This document shows, in pieces, positions 27,218 through 35,228 of a DNA stretch of 64,000 bases; the first letter of the stretch is position 1, and each line of letters opens with the position of its first letter. The DNA lies in NCBI GenBank assembly GCA_964468915.1, contig CAYXWX010000001.1, positions 10,055-74,054 on the forward strand. The letters run 5' to 3'. Under the pieces are notes generated by a model, which saw only the letters and a list, made by a program, of their open reading frames with translations, made no database searches and was not told where the DNA came from. The translations under genes and the position numbers were made by a program. The DNA comes from an uncultured Pirellulaceae bacterium (GTDB lineage: Bacteria; Planctomycetota; Planctomycetia; Pirellulales; Pirellulaceae).

Positions 27218-28078
27218 TCAAACAAGAAACGATGTGATCTTCATAGCTTGATTTTTTTCGCGGCGGCCGGGCCATGCCTCGAAGGCCGGTTCGTCATTGG
27301 CAAACAGAGTCAATGGATTTTCGATCGCCTGATCCAGCACAATGATGTCACCGACCGCCATCGTCGCCAGCTCGGTCATTGGAATTTTCGTCGAGCCCAG
27401 TTCTGCCGATACGTTCACACTGATCAGTGCAATCTGGCTCGGATCAAGTCGCGAGGCAGGATTTGGTGCAGAAGGAGCACGCATGGGCACTTTCAGTAGC
27501 TGAGAAGTGTCACTCTTCGGCAGCAGCAGTTGAATGGACACACTACGATCAGGCAGTTTGATTAACAGCCCGGATTTAAGCAGTAATTCATCTGGCGCAA
27601 AAAGACGACTGTGAGCTGGCTGAAAATCGAGCGGCTGCAACTCCTGAGTCAACGGTTCCTGCTCAGGCCAGCTTTCGGCAAGCGTACTGGCCGCCTGTTC
27701 AAAAATCATCTCGCACAGAGAAGCCTCAACCGACGTCAATTCCCGGTCTTCGGTCTCTCCGTCGGTGCTACCCAGAATATCCATCAACAGTTTCAGGATC
27801 TCTGACCGTTCCGCGACAAGCATTCCGCTGAATTCGCCTTCCTGCAGCTGGACCTCCGCGCTGAATGAGGGGGCCTGCCACTTGTTTTGCAGATCCTCGA
27901 ACGTCTCCGCATCGACCAGCAATGCCTCGGCCTCAATCTCAGTCAGCGAGAAATTACTATACTGCTCAACGAATCGCTCTGCGAATTTGTCCAGCCAGCG
28001 ACGCAACGCAAGGGACAACGGTCGCTCAACACGAGCGCTGGCCGCAAAATCGTAAACCTGGTAAGTCGGATCGCTCAT
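27218..28078 (-). CDS. fliM: flagellar motor switch protein FliM (short N-terminus)
   Basis: 286 aa. YDF...R near the N-terminus, a middle domain, and a C-terminal SpoA-like domain (ISVNVSAELGSTKIPMTELATMAVGDIIVLDQ). ATGA-type overlap with fliL. Confidence 0.8.
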   Translation of the reverse strand: MSDPTYQVYDFAASARVERPLSLALRRWLDKFAERFVEQYSNFSLTEIEAEALLVDAETFEDLQNKWQAPSFSAEVQLQEGEFSGMLVAERSEILKLLMDILGSTDGETEDRELTSVEASLCEMIFEQAASTLAESWPEQEPLTQELQPLDFQPAHSRLFAPDELLLKSGLLIKLPDRSVSIQLLLPKSDTSQLLKVPMRAPSAPNPASRLDPSQIALISVNVSAELGSTKIPMTELATMAVGDIIVLDQAIENPLTLFANDEPAFEAWPGRREKNQAMKITSFLV

Positions 28079-28590
28079 TGGACGTGAAACTCCCGAAACA
28101 GCACGTCCTGAATTCGCTCGATTCCATCGGGAAACAACTCTTTGTTGAAGTAGTCGTGGATCTCTCGACGCAGCCGATTGCGACCGTACTTTCCACGCAG
28201 ATCTTCGGTGGTTTTTTCTGCGACCTGGACCTGAATCCAGTTCTTGAAGATCGTTGTCTTGGCGAGGATCTTCTCTTCGATTTCCATTCGTTGTGATTTT
28301 GCAACTTGAAGTGAAAAGTTGATTCTCAGGTAGCGACTGAACCGAGCCTCATCGAGATTGACCGTCACTTCATCGAAATCAATGAACTCGACCTCTTCTT
28401 CAGGATCAGGCTCTGGCATGCTTTCTTCCTCAACCGCAGCGTCTTCTGAGCTTGCGAATGTCGAGATCACAAACGGAGTGGCTATTCCGCCGCCGACAGC
28501 CAACGTCGCCACAACCAACCAGACCAATAGCTTCATCATCATTCCTGATGATTCTTGTGGTTCGGATTCTTCTGCCGTATCGGTAGACAT
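28075..28590 (-). CDS. fliL: flagellar basal body-associated protein FliL
   Basis: 171 aa, single TM. FIDFDEVTVNLDEARFSRYLRINFSLQV and C-terminal LRREIHDYFNKELF, typical of FliL. First gene of the block. Confidence 0.8.
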   Translation of the reverse strand: MSTDTAEESEPQESSGMMMKLLVWLVVATLAVGGGIATPFVISTFASSEDAAVEEESMPEPDPEEEVEFIDFDEVTVNLDEARFSRYLRINFSLQVAKSQRMEIEEKILAKTTIFKNWIQVQVAEKTTEDLRGKYGRNRLRREIHDYFNKELFPDGIERIQDVLFREFHVQ

Positions 28591-29046
28591 GACTTCATTT
28601 CCACATGTTCAAGCTGAAACTGGTTCGCGTTAACCCGCAGATCATTGGTCGTTTCTTCCAACAATGACCGTCAAATCTTACGCAATCAGATTCTGTATCG
28701 ACGAGTCATGAGCGCAGGTTCATCCCAGACGTTACAGGTTTACAATTCGGCGGCACCCCGCACGAATGACAACGAAGCGCCTTAAACGCCAACCACGTAT
28801 CTGCAGTTTCGCTTCATGCTGGCGGAAAATTTTTCCAATCGGAAGAAATCGTTTCCTCCGTTCAGATTTGCGCGACCATTGTCAGCCGGATAACCGGAAT
28901 TGTTGATGATCCGGGTTTTCGATGGACGATGCGATGAGCGGTGGTCGGTGGAGGACGAACGCTCGCTGAGCATTTGCGCCGATCACTTTTCCCTACATCT
29001 TATTGTTATTATTTAGCGGCCACGGGTTGGCCAGGACACGGCTCGA

Positions 29047-29760
29047 ATGCTGAACGGACTTTACAGCGGAGCAACCGCGCTGGACATTTTCAGTCGGCAA
29101 CAGGATTTGATTGCGTCCAACCTTGCTCACCTGAGCACGCCGGGGCACAAACGAATGCTGTTTGCGTTTCACGAGAGAACCGAAAATGGAGGGCAGCCGG
29201 GAGACTCGAGACCCGGAACGAACGTGGCTCAGATTGCAACCGATTTTTCTCAAGGGCGGCATGAACCGACAGGGCGACCGCTGGATATCGCAATCAGCGG
29301 AGAAGGCTTTTTCACGTTCCAAGGGCAAGAGGGCGAATTCTATTCGCGAAACGGAGCCTTGTTCAGGGACACTCAGAATCAGTTGGTCAACGGTGATGGA
29401 ATGCCAATCCTTTCCGATGGCCAGCCCATTACTGTACCGCCCGAAGTATCTGACCGAGACCTGGTGATTGATTCAGCCGGAGGGGTTTCGGCCAATGGAC
29501 AGGAGTTCGGCAGGATTTCTGTCGTCACATTTGAAGACAACCGGCAGCTGACCTCTGACAGCCAGATCTCGTTTCAGGCGGGTAATGCCGTCCCAACCCC
29601 TGCCGAACAAAGTGCAATCGTTCAGGGAAGCCGAGAGCTTTCGAACGCTCATCCCGTGACGGAGCTAATCAGCCTGATCATCGGATCAAGGCATTTCGAA
29701 TCAGCCCAACGTGCGATTCGGACAATCTCTGACGCCATTCAGGAAAACGTTCGCGCGTAG
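29047..29760 (+). CDS. flgF: flagellar basal-body rod protein FlgF
   Basis: N-terminus GLYSGATALDIFSRQQDLIASNLAHLSTPGHKR. C-terminus LSNAHPVTELISLIIGSRHFESAQRAIRT. Confidence 0.85.
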   Translation: MLNGLYSGATALDIFSRQQDLIASNLAHLSTPGHKRMLFAFHERTENGGQPGDSRPGTNVAQIATDFSQGRHEPTGRPLDIAISGEGFFTFQGQEGEFYSRNGALFRDTQNQLVNGDGMPILSDGQPITVPPEVSDRDLVIDSAGGVSANGQEFGRISVVTFEDNRQLTSDSQISFQAGNAVPTPAEQSAIVQGSRELSNAHPVTELISLIIGSRHFESAQRAIRTISDAIQENVRA

Positions 29761-29814
29761 GGGTGTTGTTTAAGAACACCGTGAGTTTTCGAAATTGAAC
29801 CAGGAGACCCCACC

Positions 29815-30597
29815 ATGCTGAAAGCCTTTTTCACGAGCGCAACCGGGATGCGAGCCCAGGAGCTGCTGATTGACAACACGGCCAATAACCTGGCAAACGT
29901 CAACACAACCGGCTTTAAACGCAGCCACCTGGAATTCGCCGACTTGATCTACGACGTGACCAAACTGCCCGGAGCCCCAACGTCGGACGGACAACTGGCT
30001 CCCATCGGTTTGCAAATTGGAAACGGCGTTCGCCCCGTGGGTACGACCAATGTGTTTACGCAAGGCGTTGCCAACGACACCGGAATTTCCACTCACATGG
30101 CGATCGAAGGTGACGGGTTCTTCAGGGTGACCCTGCCCGATGGAAATTTTGCTTACACGCGGGACGGGTCGTTTGTCCTGAATGCCGACGGGTTGATGGT
30201 CAACGGTGATGGTCGACCCCTGGATCCCAACATTACGATCCCAAACACTGCGGAACAAATCAGCATTGATGCGACGGGGCAGGTCAGTTTTCTTGAAAAC
30301 GGCGTCGTGTCACAAGCCGGAGCGATTGAGCTTTATCGTTTTGCCAACATGGCCGGCCTGAGACAACTGGGCGGAAACCTTTACGCGGTTAGTGAAGCCT
30401 CAGGACCGGAGCTGGCGGGAATCCCGGGATCCACGGGTTACGGATCGATCAGACAATCATCATTAGAAGGCTCCAATGTCCAGGTCGTTTCCGAAATGGT
30501 CTCGCTGATCACGGCACAGCGTGCTTATGAAATCAACTCGCGTGCCATTCGGGCAGGTGACGAAATGTTGTCCAACACAAGTCAGATCGTCAGGTAG
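29815..30597 (+). CDS. flgG: flagellar distal rod protein FlgG
   Basis: MRAQELLIDNTANNLANVNTTGFKRS and C-terminal LEGSNVQVVSEMVSLITAQRAYEINSRAIRAGDEM. Confidence 0.93.
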   Translation: MLKAFFTSATGMRAQELLIDNTANNLANVNTTGFKRSHLEFADLIYDVTKLPGAPTSDGQLAPIGLQIGNGVRPVGTTNVFTQGVANDTGISTHMAIEGDGFFRVTLPDGNFAYTRDGSFVLNADGLMVNGDGRPLDPNITIPNTAEQISIDATGQVSFLENGVVSQAGAIELYRFANMAGLRQLGGNLYAVSEASGPELAGIPGSTGYGSIRQSSLEGSNVQVVSEMVSLITAQRAYEINSRAIRAGDEMLSNTSQIVR

Positions 30598-30602
30598 TAT
30601 TG

Positions 30603-31706
30603 ATGTTTAAGTTTCATGCTGTGCGGCAGCAAAACGTCACATCGTCATACGAATCGCCAATTCCTTTGACGAAAAAGAACACGGCAACCGGGATTTTCAC
30701 GAATCGGGTTTGCCAAAGTTTCCGCTGCTGTGTTGTTCTGGCTGCGGTTTTTGTGGGAATGCCTGCCGCTGTGACCGCCGGTGAACCAATTCGCGTTAAC
30801 TTGCAGCACGAAGTTGCGTCCAGCGTCAACAAGGTGGTCCGTCTTGGCGACGTGGCAACCATCGAAACATCCAGCCCACAACTGGCTTCCAAGCTGGCGG
30901 CTTTGGATCTGGATACGTTTACCAGAGGGGATTCCGCTGTTCTGGTTTCGCGTGAGCAGGTTCGTATTCGGTTAGCGCTCGCCGGGTTAAACCACTCGGA
31001 CCTGGTCCTCACGGGCGTCAGTGAGGTCAAAGTCACAAAAGTTGAAGCCGCAAGCGTCTTGAGTGAACTCGAATCAGCACTGCACCAGAATCTGGCCCAT
31101 CGCTACCAGATCATTCACGAAGACTTGTCAGTGAAACTGGATTCCAGTTCAGCTGAGATCGGGAACAGGCCGCTTCTTCCCGGATCACTGCGGATCGTTC
31201 AGAACATGCCGGCGGAACTGCCGTTGGGACAGAAGCACATCGCAGTCCAGCTTTCGGATACCAGCGGGCAGACGCATGAAACTCGACTGAACGTGCGAAT
31301 CGCCCTTTTTCGCGAACTCGTCGTTGCGAGTAAACCCATTCGCAAAGGAGATGTGATGAATGCTGACAATGTGGAAAGCGTCCGACGAGCCATCGACAGT
31401 CGCCGTGTTCGGTTTGCTTCATTGGAACAGGTCGTTGGCAGAACCAGTCGTGCGGACATCGGTCAGTACGATCTGATCAAGTCTTCCGGGGTGCAGACCA
31501 CGGTCCGCAAGACCGAACACGCGATTCGCAAGAATGCGCTGATCAATGTGATTGTGCGACGCGGACCATTGGAAGTAACGCTTAAAGGCGCACGAGCGAT
31601 TGACTCGGGAAATCCCGGCGATCAAATCGCGTTGTTGAACCCACATACTCGCGAGCAGATCGTTGCCAGAGTGATCGATGGCTCAACCGCGGAAGTTCGA
31701 TACTGA
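30603..31706 (+). CDS. flgA: flagellar P-ring chaperone FlgA
   Basis: C-terminal SAF/FlgA pattern (KPIRKGDVMNADNV...ALINVIVRRGPLEVTLKGARAIDSGNPGDQIALLNPHTREQIVARV). Long N-terminal extension, so the start is uncertain. Confidence 0.7.
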   Translation: MFKFHAVRQQNVTSSYESPIPLTKKNTATGIFTNRVCQSFRCCVVLAAVFVGMPAAVTAGEPIRVNLQHEVASSVNKVVRLGDVATIETSSPQLASKLAALDLDTFTRGDSAVLVSREQVRIRLALAGLNHSDLVLTGVSEVKVTKVEAASVLSELESALHQNLAHRYQIIHEDLSVKLDSSSAEIGNRPLLPGSLRIVQNMPAELPLGQKHIAVQLSDTSGQTHETRLNVRIALFRELVVASKPIRKGDVMNADNVESVRRAIDSRRVRFASLEQVVGRTSRADIGQYDLIKSSGVQTTVRKTEHAIRKNALINVIVRRGPLEVTLKGARAIDSGNPGDQIALLNPHTREQIVARVIDGSTAEVRY

Positions 31707-31757
31707 TCTGGTCATAGCAGAACGAGTCAAAAATTGCCAAAACACAGAATCGAAAAA

Positions 31758-32411
31758 ATGGATCGACTGAACACCTCAATCAGATTGCTCGGGTTTATCG
31801 TTGCGGCATGCGCGATGGCAGGTTCGAACGCGGCCGTTGCACAACAACCTTCACTCTGGCAACGTCGGGATTCGCGGATGGTGAACCTGGTATCTGATGT
31901 GAAAGCTCGAAAGATTGGCGACTTGCTTTTTGTCACAATTAACGAGCAATCGGATATTGAAAACCGTGATCAACGCCTGATGATCAAGCAAAACAGCGCG
32001 ACCAGCGAGCAGACTGGCAACTACGGTTTCGCCGGCAATCTGGGCTCCGCCTCGGGTGGACTGAACTTCGACCAGGATTCGGCAGCCAGCAGAAACTTCA
32101 ATGGGAACACCCAGTATCGTAGCGAGCGAGAGTTCATCGATCGTTTTGCCGTGACCGTCATGGACGTGTTTCCTAACGGGAACCTTCTGATCAGCGGCAC
32201 ACGGAACGTATTGCTGGAAGGCGACAACCGAAAACTGATTTTGACGGGAATTGTTCGTAGTACGGATCTCGACATCAACAACACGGTTTCGTCACGATTC
32301 ATTTCCAACCTTGTGATTGAGTACGAAGCCGACAGACAGGCAAGCGCCGAAGGAAAATTTATCAACCAGGGCTGGCTGGGAAAAAAGTTCAACAGTTGGT
32401 GGCCATACTGA
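31758..32411 (+). CDS. flgH: flagellar L-ring lipoprotein FlgH
   Basis: SLWQRR...ARKIGDLLFVTINE and FAVTVMDVFPNGNLLISGTRNVLLEGDNRKLILTGIVR. ATG at 31758 preferred to TTG at 31734. Confidence 0.9.
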   Translation: MDRLNTSIRLLGFIVAACAMAGSNAAVAQQPSLWQRRDSRMVNLVSDVKARKIGDLLFVTINEQSDIENRDQRLMIKQNSATSEQTGNYGFAGNLGSASGGLNFDQDSAASRNFNGNTQYRSEREFIDRFAVTVMDVFPNGNLLISGTRNVLLEGDNRKLILTGIVRSTDLDINNTVSSRFISNLVIEYEADRQASAEGKFINQGWLGKKFNSWWPY

Positions 32412-32469
32412 TCCAACCTCAACATCAAGAATCCAGAATTGTATTTCACGCCATTGATCTGGCGACATC

Positions 32470-33705
32470 ATGACGAAAAACGCTCTATCGATACTGTTTC
32501 TACTGGCCGCCTTGTTGACAGATTTTTCTGCAGCCCGGGCTCAGTCGCCATTCACCGAACCGACGGTCAATCGACCGCAGCGGTCTGAGGATCCGGTTCG
32601 CGCGAAACGTCTCGCTCGAGCACCAACATTGAACCCAACGGCGGCGCCCAACCAGCAATTCCCCGGCATCGTGGCGGGCCCCGAAGTCCGCGTCCGCATC
32701 AAGGACATCACTTCCGTTGAAGGTCATCGGGCCAACCGCGTAACGGGAATTGGACTGGTCACCGGGCTCAAGGGAACGGGCGGCAAGTCGTTACTGACAC
32801 AGGATCTCGCCCGAAATATGCTTCGAAACTTTGATATCCTTGCACGCAACATTCCGTCAGGGAGCCAGTCGGTGGTGGCGGTCACAGCAGAAATCCCTCC
32901 GTTCGTAAGAGCCGGAGAGAAAGTCACGGCAACCGTTTCCATTTTCGACGACGCGATTGGGCTTTACGGCGGCGAACTGCACACGACTCCGTTGCGAGGT
33001 TTTGACAATCAGGTTTACGCTGTCGCTGGTGGTGCATTAGTCCTGGGAGGTTTCTCAGCAGGTGGTGAAGGTGCCAGCGTATCGAAAAACCACGACACAA
33101 CGGGGCGAGTTCAAGCAACCGTTGAAGTGGGAATTCAAGATGGCCCTGCGTTCCCACATCGAGGGTTTCGTCTGCTGTTAAGCAACAAGGATTATGCGAC
33201 AGCTTACCGAATTGCAACCGAAATCAATCGTTACTTTCCAGGCCATTCACGTGCGCGGGATCAAGGCAGTGTCGATGTGCTGTTTCCCAGAACGTTCCAG
33301 CAAAACAAAATTGATTTTGTGGTGATGGTGAACAATCTGCGTGTCCAGCCGGATATCCCAGCTCGCGTGGTGATCAATCAGAAGACAGGCACCATTGTGG
33401 TCGGTCAGAACGTACGGTTATCGAGAATCATGTTCGCCAATGACAACCTGATCATTACCACCAGCGAAACCCCTATCGCGTCTCAACCAGCCCCTTTCTC
33501 TGATGGGCAGACCGTGGTCTTGCCAAGAACTCAGGTAACCGCGACCGAAACCGGGGGACGATACAACATACTGAATCAACAGACGACGGTCGGCGAACTC
33601 GCGACGGCTTTAAACGTGCTGGGCGTTTCGCCTCAGGATCTGATTGGCATCTTCCAGTCAATCCAGGCCTCGGGAGCTTTACAGGCTAAATTGGTAATCG
33701 AATAA
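32470..33705 (+). CDS. flgI: flagellar P-ring protein FlgI
   Basis: Signal peptide, RIKDITSVEGHRANRVTGIGLVTGLKGTGG, and C-terminal LNVLGVSPQDLIGIFQSIQASGALQAKLVIE. Confidence 0.93.
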   Translation: MTKNALSILFLLAALLTDFSAARAQSPFTEPTVNRPQRSEDPVRAKRLARAPTLNPTAAPNQQFPGIVAGPEVRVRIKDITSVEGHRANRVTGIGLVTGLKGTGGKSLLTQDLARNMLRNFDILARNIPSGSQSVVAVTAEIPPFVRAGEKVTATVSIFDDAIGLYGGELHTTPLRGFDNQVYAVAGGALVLGGFSAGGEGASVSKNHDTTGRVQATVEVGIQDGPAFPHRGFRLLLSNKDYATAYRIATEINRYFPGHSRARDQGSVDVLFPRTFQQNKIDFVVMVNNLRVQPDIPARVVINQKTGTIVVGQNVRLSRIMFANDNLIITTSETPIASQPAPFSDGQTVVLPRTQVTATETGGRYNILNQQTTVGELATALNVLGVSPQDLIGIFQSIQASGALQAKLVIE

Positions 33706-33733
33706 AAACTAACTCATTTCAGGAGATGTTCGC

Positions 33734-34111
33734 ATGGATGCGATCAACAGCTTGCTGTCGTCTGTTCCTGTGCCATTCGTTGGTCAAAGTGAATCGAACG
33801 ACGCGGTATCCACCGCTGAGGACTTTCTGTCGGCACTTGAACAAACAGATTCACCGAATTCTCGTTCTGAGGTCACGCCCGATCGCGTTGAGGAAATGGC
33901 ATCGGAATTCGAATCTGTTTTCCTGTCCATGTTGCTGAAAGAGATGCGAAACACGCTGGACCAGGAGAACGGCGGGCTTTTTGGCGGCGATGAAAGTGAC
34001 ACCTTTGGAGGGATGTTTGACTTGTTTATGAGTCAACACCTCGCAGAAGCCTCACCGCTGGGAATATCAGATGCGGTAAGTTCTTACCTGGCCAACGTGC
34101 CACAATCTTAG
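33734..34111 (+). CDS. flgJ: rod-binding protein (FlgJ N-terminal domain only)
   Basis: 125 aa. FESVFLSMLLKEMRNT rod-binding motif. No muramidase domain is attached. Confidence 0.7.
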   Translation: MDAINSLLSSVPVPFVGQSESNDAVSTAEDFLSALEQTDSPNSRSEVTPDRVEEMASEFESVFLSMLLKEMRNTLDQENGGLFGGDESDTFGGMFDLFMSQHLAEASPLGISDAVSSYLANVPQS

Positions 34112-34387
34112 GGTTTAGTGCATGTTGCACTTAACTGTAGCGTCTGCGGCGTTTAAAAACCAAGCGAAAAGTATCGAAAAGCCGCTAGACTTAAACGAAA
34201 CGCGCTCTAATCCTGATTTGCAGTGCTGAAACTGCGGTGCCACGCACCACATGGGGTTTGTTTTTGGGCAAGGTTTAACGATTTTGTTCGATCACACTAC
34301 CAGCTGACCGGGAAAGCCTGGCAGAATTTTTCGCTCCAAACGTTTACCGACCGTGACTGTAAGATTGATGTAGTTGAAAGGAAAACA

Positions 34388-34972
34388 ATGGACGAAAACC
34401 CTCAAAAACATGTTCTTGTCGACAAGGCTGACAGAATTATTCGTCAATTGGAGTCCGAATCGGAATTTCTGGACGCGGTAATCGAATCCAGCCTGGAACT
34501 GCAAGATCTGCTGCGGGTGGGCAGAAGAAATCGAGCGCCCGCCGCTGACGAAAAACGTGATCCACCAACGGATGTCGCGCTGCGAATCGCGCGACTGAAA
34601 GAACGATTGGGCAGCCGATTCGAACCGCTCAAGTCCGGTCGAGACGCAATGATCGATCACATACGTTCGATTCAAGCTCACTCGAATTCGCGCAGCCCGC
34701 TGACGGCCAAAGAACTCGCTCGGCGTGTTCCAGATCCTCAACGAAGTCGTCTGACACAGCTACGGAATGAAATTCGTTCCAAACTGAATCGGATTCAAGC
34801 AATCTCAATGGGAAATCAAGCGGTATTGGTTTACACGATGGACTTCTATAACCGCCTGCTGACGGGATTGGCTCTTCAACCGGCGGATTCGTCAGGCTAC
34901 GACGCTTCTGGAGCATCGACTTCCGGGGCGACACATCGGATCCCGGGAAATTTCATCCAAACAACATGTTAG
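34388..34972 (+). CDS. FlgN-like putative export chaperone
   Basis: 195-aa helical protein immediately upstream of flgK. C-terminal part IRSKLNRIQAISMGNQAVLVYTMDFYNRLLTGL resembles the FlgN family. ATG at 34388 has an AAAGGAAAA upstream; the longest ORF starts at a GTG at 34223. Confidence 0.4.
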   Translation: MDENPQKHVLVDKADRIIRQLESESEFLDAVIESSLELQDLLRVGRRNRAPAADEKRDPPTDVALRIARLKERLGSRFEPLKSGRDAMIDHIRSIQAHSNSRSPLTAKELARRVPDPQRSRLTQLRNEIRSKLNRIQAISMGNQAVLVYTMDFYNRLLTGLALQPADSSGYDASGASTSGATHRIPGNFIQTTC

Positions 34973-35014
34973 TGCTTTGTTCCAACTGAAAATCAAGGTT
35001 GACCTGCCGAATCA
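34970..35014 (+). repeat. post-stop-codon element type 2, copy 1 (after flgN-like gene)
   Basis: Starts at the TAG stop. 40/45 identical (ungapped, hand count) to 38708-38752: TAGTGCTTTGYTCCAACTGAAMATCARGGTTGACCKRCCGAATCA. Confidence 0.85.
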
Positions 35015-35096
35015 TCATTCCGTGAACCCCGAAAGAAAAAGATAAAACGAGATCCTCCGCAAGTGACAACCAAAAAAATGGGTTGGAACAAAGCAC
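34972..35096 (+). repeat. perfect 15-bp inverted repeat flanking 95 nt (GTGCTTTGTTCCAAC ... GTTGGAACAAAGCAC)
   Basis: Arms at 34972-34986 and 35082-35096 are exact reverse complements. Could be a long RNA helix or MITE-like terminal inverted repeats. Confidence 0.9.
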
Positions 35097-35105
35097 GAGT
35101 GGTCC
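35085..35105 (-). repeat. 21-nt box (reverse copy, GGACCACTCGTGCTTTGTTCC on minus strand)
   Basis: 20/21 match to 17713-17733. It straddles the 3' arm of the 15-bp inverted repeat and the 5' end of type-1 copy B. Confidence 0.85.
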
Positions 35106-35185
35106 AGTAGACCTGAATGGATCGATCGTGGAAAAACTGTCCGCCAAATCGATTGGTGTGCAAGCACGACTTAAACGGGTCCGTT
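35100..35185 (+). repeat. conserved flagellar intergenic element type 1, copy B (flgN-like-flgK spacer)
   Basis: Partner of 17617-17702. The equivalent helix 35116-23/35178-85 is kept by one compensatory pair change and two changes to G-U pairs. Confidence 0.85.
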
Positions 35186-35228
35186 CAGCTCAGACAAAGC
35201 ACTACAACGAAACGCGATTGAAAACATC

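Noticed and set aside
28591-29046. GCCGATCA at 28978-28985 in the fliL/flgF divergent region, considered as a sigma-28 -10 box.
   Set aside because: - There is no TAAA-like -35 at the required spacing.
- A single 8-mer is expected by chance in a window of this size.
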